Shown here: positions 56,920 to 64,000 of the stretch, in pieces | Position numbering within the stretch: position 1 is the first letter of the stretch | How the letters are laid out: the number at the start of each line of letters is the position of its first letter | NCBI RefSeq assembly: GCF_009914755.1 | Contig: NC_060928.1 | DNA: 64,000 nt | Direction: 5' to 3' (one strand) | From: the human T2T-CHM13v2.0 reference genome, Homo sapiens | Position numbers and translations under genes: made by a program | Notes under the pieces: model-generated | The model's input: the letters and a program-made list of their open reading frames with translations, nothing else | What the model was told of the DNA's origin: nothing | Database searches by the model: none

Positions 56920-59900
56920 TCAGTTTTGTTTTTAATTATGAACTATTTCAATCCTATAGAAAACTGGAGTAGAACAATAAATACACATCTAGGCACCCAA
57001 CATCTATATTTTAAAAATTAACTTATGGCTCTACTTGTTTCATTTTTTAAAAAAATAGCATTTTAATTATGCATTTGATGTCCCCACTCCCACCCCACCT
57101 TCATGGTCTCATTTATTTCTCTTCTTGCCTAAATGTCAGTATTGTTCTGGTAACTTTATATCTTTCTCATGTATGTTTTAAAAAGTAAACGTGCGTATCC
57201 ATAAATACTAGTACTTCTCTGTGTTTCAAACGTTTACATAAATTGTAATATATTTATCACTTTCAATTTACCTTTATAAACGTATCCACATTTTGAATGT
57301 AGATTTCATTCAGCCATGTTGGCTGCCTTATCCTTACTGGTACAAATATCACAATTTATTTGTCTATTCCTTATTTTTTTGTGGTCATTTCATTTATATT
57401 ATTGCTTTTATAGAAAATATTTCATTAACTACATTACTTAGATTTTGATAAACTTATCTTGATATTAAGTAGGTTGTTTTCTTCATCTTTGTTTCTTCTT
57501 CTTAAAGCATTTTCTTCACTGTTTTGAGCTATTTTTATAATTCTAGATAATATTTTTGTTTTAATATTTAGGACACATCACTGACTAGATTTCAATTAAA
57601 ATTACTTTGAATTTATACAATTATTATATAACTAATTAGGGAGAAATTTATTTATGATAGTTAATAAACACAATAAATTATCAACATTAACTCAGCTCTT
57701 CTTTTATAACCATAAACATAAAATATATTTTACTCATATTTTTTGGTTTTGACATATTCTTATTTTTAATAGACATTGCTAAGTAAAGTTTGTTAATAAT
57801 TTAATAATTTTTCATGAAATGTTCATAGGAGAAATTGGCTAATAATTTTTTTTCTTAAACAGTCCTTGTCCCATTTTGGTAAAAAAGTGTTAATAGTATC
57901 GTAAAACGGTTTCGTGTGTTTATAACAGAGGACTCATCATTTGCTTAAAGGTTTGATACATTTTGCCATTAACATAACCTGAAACACTAAGTTTGTGTGG
58001 GCAAATTTCTACTGTTTCTGCTATTCAAATGAATATTGATAATTCAGATTTAATATTCCTTCTTGAGACAAAATTACTACTTTTTGTTTAAAAAAACTGT
58101 ATGTTTCATTTAAGCTTTATTTTGCCATGCATTTTCATCATAGTGTTGTTTTATGATATTTAAAAGCTTATATTTTATCTTGCACTGTTTGCATTTTGTC
58201 TTTTCTAATAATGCACATATGTGTGCATTTGTATTCTCAGTTTTGTTTGTGATGAGTTTGTCAGACATTTGTTCATTTTATTCATCTTTTTTCAGAATGA
58301 GATATTCATTAAATGTATGACTTTTATTAAATTCATTCTTATTTTTATATTTTACTTTCTTTTACTGTATTTAGTTTCTAATCTCTAGTTCTAGTTTATA
58401 TTTCTGGTAGCTTTTTAAAAAATAATGTAAATAATATATGTGTATATAATTATCTTTAAGAAGTCTTTTGGGTATATCTTATAACTTTTAATACTAGCAT
58501 TTGTTATTCGTATCAAAATTTAGCAATTTATTTTATAATTGTGTTATAACATTATTTCTTTTTTATCTATAAATTAGGTAGATGTTAGTTTATTTCTGAG
58601 TGGAATGTCTTATTTCTTGAAGGAATAAGACATTTTAAAATCAAATTTACTGCACTATTGTCATAGAATGTGGCATATTTGATATTGATTATTTGGAATA
58701 TATTTACTACTTCCTTCAAGGATTATTATGCTACTATTTCTTGCAAAAGTTTTATATATTTTTTGAAAAGAATATGCACTAATTTGGGGAATAATGTTAC
58801 TCTGTATGTCTGTTACATCAGTTTTAGTGCTAGCATTATGAATGTTTACTATATCTTGTATCTTTTAAGTTGCCTGGTCTTTCTATTTCTAAGAAAAGCA
58901 TATCAGAAGATTTATTTACTCAGTCATTCTTCAGTACATTTAATTACTATTCACTGAGAAACTTCAATGTGTCATAAGGAGGATACTGGTAGAAAATTTT
59001 TCTTTCAATTGCTCATGCCCAAAAAGCTTGAAATCTTTTGTAGTACACATGTACAATCCATCAGAAAATGCCAAAATTCTTATGATGAACTACCAAGGCT
59101 ATACCTGTCTGGAATGCAGAACTATTGCAGAATTTGGAGGAGACAAACACAATGAACTGATTTTAATGTGAAAAGATAAGTCTCAGCTTTCATGGAAATC
59201 ATTTAGAAGGCTGTTGCAGTCATTCAGTTGAGAGATGATGGTGGCTTGAATCCAGGAAATAGTAGGACAATGTTGAGAAATGATTGTACTCTGTGTATAT
59301 TTTGAAGTAGTGCTAATAGTGTTTTCAGTTATATTAGATATGTGTGTCAATGGTATCTCCATTTTTTTATGTCTAGGCAAATTGAAGGGTGGATTTGCCA
59401 CAAATTATATCCTATAATTGTGTATTTTAAAACATTTTCTCTTAATATACTTAACTGTTTTATATATTTAGACTATTTTGTTAGATTTACTTTGGTTCAA
59501 GCCTAAAATATCTTTCCCTTGAATTCTTTCCTTTACCTTAAAAAAATCCCTCTCTTTGTTTCTTCTTAGTCATTCTGCTTTACCAATTTGTCTCATATTC
59601 CTTTGGCCATTCTTGCACTTTTTTGTTGACTCATAAAATACTGTAAATTTTAAAATGTATTGACTGCATGTACAAGACATAAAAATTAAAAATTGCAAAT
59701 TGTTAGTACTTCTCTTTTTCACTCCTAACTTCAACCACACAGTTTCTTCTCCAGGGGTAGCCAGTGTTGTCAGTTTCCTATCCATCATTCTAGGATAGTC
59801 TATGTGTATATAAGTACACATATGCAAACAAATACACATTAATTTTTTAACACAAATGATACCATACTATATAGACTGTGCTATACCTCGAGATTTTTAC

Positions 59901-60200
59901 TTAACAGTATATAACAGAAACCCTTTTGTATCCCAGTATTACAAAGTTGACCCATTACTTTTTGCAGATTGTATAATATAATCTGTTATATGACTGAATT
60001 ATATTATATATATTTGTATAATTATATGTATTCTATATTATAGGTAGAATATTATATGTATTCTATATAATTATAGTTTATGTACTCTATCCTCTTTATT
60101 TTCAAACTTTATGTGCCATTATATTTTAGGTTTTTTTGTAACAGCATATAATTATTTTGCTTTTTTCTATAGTCTAATCTAGAACCACTTTTTAAAAAGA
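56920..60200 (-). mobile_element. Ancient L1ME remnants with an embedded L2 fragment (about 59150-59400)
   Basis: Antisense L1M motifs (tgttcataggagaaattggctaataatttt, cattattgtcatagaatgtgg-like); L2 motif tagaaggctgttgcagtcattcag...gatgatggtggcttga. Confidence 0.6.
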
Positions 60201-60219
60201 AAAAAGTATAATCTAAGCA

Positions 60220-62728
<2,509 letters not shown>

Positions 62729-63607
62729 TACATATATTTTAGTTTCTATTATATTTGGGATTATTTCTGTTTTGCATACTATTTTTTGCTTGTTTTCATC
62801 TTCTCCATGACTTATATTCTATCAACCATTGTGACTTATTTTTTCCCTCTGCTAGATGAGTATTACATTGTCTAATTTTACCTAATGTATTCATTTCCTG
62901 TATTCACTTACTGCATTTTTCTAATTAACACACTAAATCAAAGCCTAAATTTATTAATTCCATGATCAAAACATTGTCTACTATTGAGAGACACATTTTC
63001 CCTAAAGGCCAATAGAGGTGCCATTACTAGAAATGAAGTAGGAGAAAGTCTTGTGGGAGAAAACCATATTTGTGATATTTCCTTCTGTCTTATCAAAACA
63101 ATATATTAAGTAAGCCATAAATCAGATCTGTGTATAAAATTCCACTTTCATTCTGTATATTTTGCTTTTATACTGGTTGTATTTCAAAAAATGCGCATAG
63201 AAAATATTCGCAGTATTTAAATGTACAAAAATGTCATGTCATTTAAACTCTGTAAAATACTTTGAAATAGACTAAAAAGTATCTTTTCATTGAAAAACTA
63301 TAACCTATTCTGGGTTACATTATTGTATGGAGTCTCTGCCTTTCATTGTCTTTGACTTATTTTATTACTCTCTAAGATGTTGAAAATGAATAGTAATGTA
63401 ATTTATTCTCTTCCACAGAAATACAAATGAATTTGTCTGTTAGAGGTGCAATTGATAACCTCCCTTTTTTAAAACATCTAGTTTTGCATTTATAAACATA
63501 TTTATTTGACTTTCCTAATTGCCCAAAAATGTATCTGCTTTTTGCATTCTCTTTGAGCCAGTTTTTACATTTTACTGGCTTTTTCATTAATTATGAGCTA
63601 GACAAAC

Positions 63608-63751
63608 ATTTTTTCTAGCTTTATTGAGGTAAAATTGACAAAGAAAAATTGTATATATGCAAAATATGCAACATGATTATTTGATAGATGTGTATATTGT
63701 AAAAATGATCACAGTGGAATTAATTAACACCTCTATCACCCACATATAGTT

Positions 63752-63786
<35 letters not shown>

Positions 63787-64000
63787 ATGTTAAGGACACT
63801 AACAATCTATTCTTCTAGCAAATTTCAAGTAAACAATACAATATTAAGAACTACAGTCACCATGCTGAACATTAGATCCCCCAACAATTCCTGTTATAAC
63901 AGGAGGTTTGCACTCTTTGTTCAACATCTCCCCATTTCTCTTAACCCTCATTATCTAGTAACTGCTATTCTACTCTCTTCTTCTATGACTTTAAGTTTAG
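63608..64000 (-). mobile_element. L1MA8/9-like 3' end, running off the window
   Basis: agctttattgaggtaaaattgaca...tagcaaatttcaagta...agtcaccatgctg...attctactctc. Confidence 0.9.
63754..63785 (+). repeat. (TG)16 microsatellite inside L1MA
   Basis: Direct reading. Confidence 0.97.

Noticed and set aside
59995-60090. AT-rich repeat with attatatgtattctatat twice
   Set aside because: Low-complexity slippage product

Overview
This is AT-rich, CpG-depleted human genomic DNA; an AluYb8 at 38.7-39.0 kb points to human specifically. It is intergenic or deep-intronic, and I found no recognisable protein-coding exon, RNA gene or CpG island. The recognisable ORFs in the track are transposon remnants (L1 ORF2, Tigger1 transposase, antisense Alu), and the rest look like chance ORFs. 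The window is a layered fossil record of Alu (J, S, Y, Yb8), L1 (PA, MA, MB, ME), L2, MIR, MaLR/ERV LTRs and DNA transposons (MADE1, MER1B, MER58A, Tigger1). I found no convincing new biological system. The best leads are: (1) an expanded, multi-hairpin MADE1 that could be a miR-548-type substrate; (2) a candidate 81-nt exon whose donor runs straight into a UG repeat, the layout of TDP-43-repressed cryptic exons; (3) a two-LTR ancient MLT1 provirus with a recognisable TSD and three nested insertions; (4) an LTR8A inserted inside the TSD of an MST LTR; (5) a twin-primed L1; (6) a possibly polymorphic AluYb8. Subfamily calls are from remembered consensus sequences and need RepeatMasker/Dfam confirmation.
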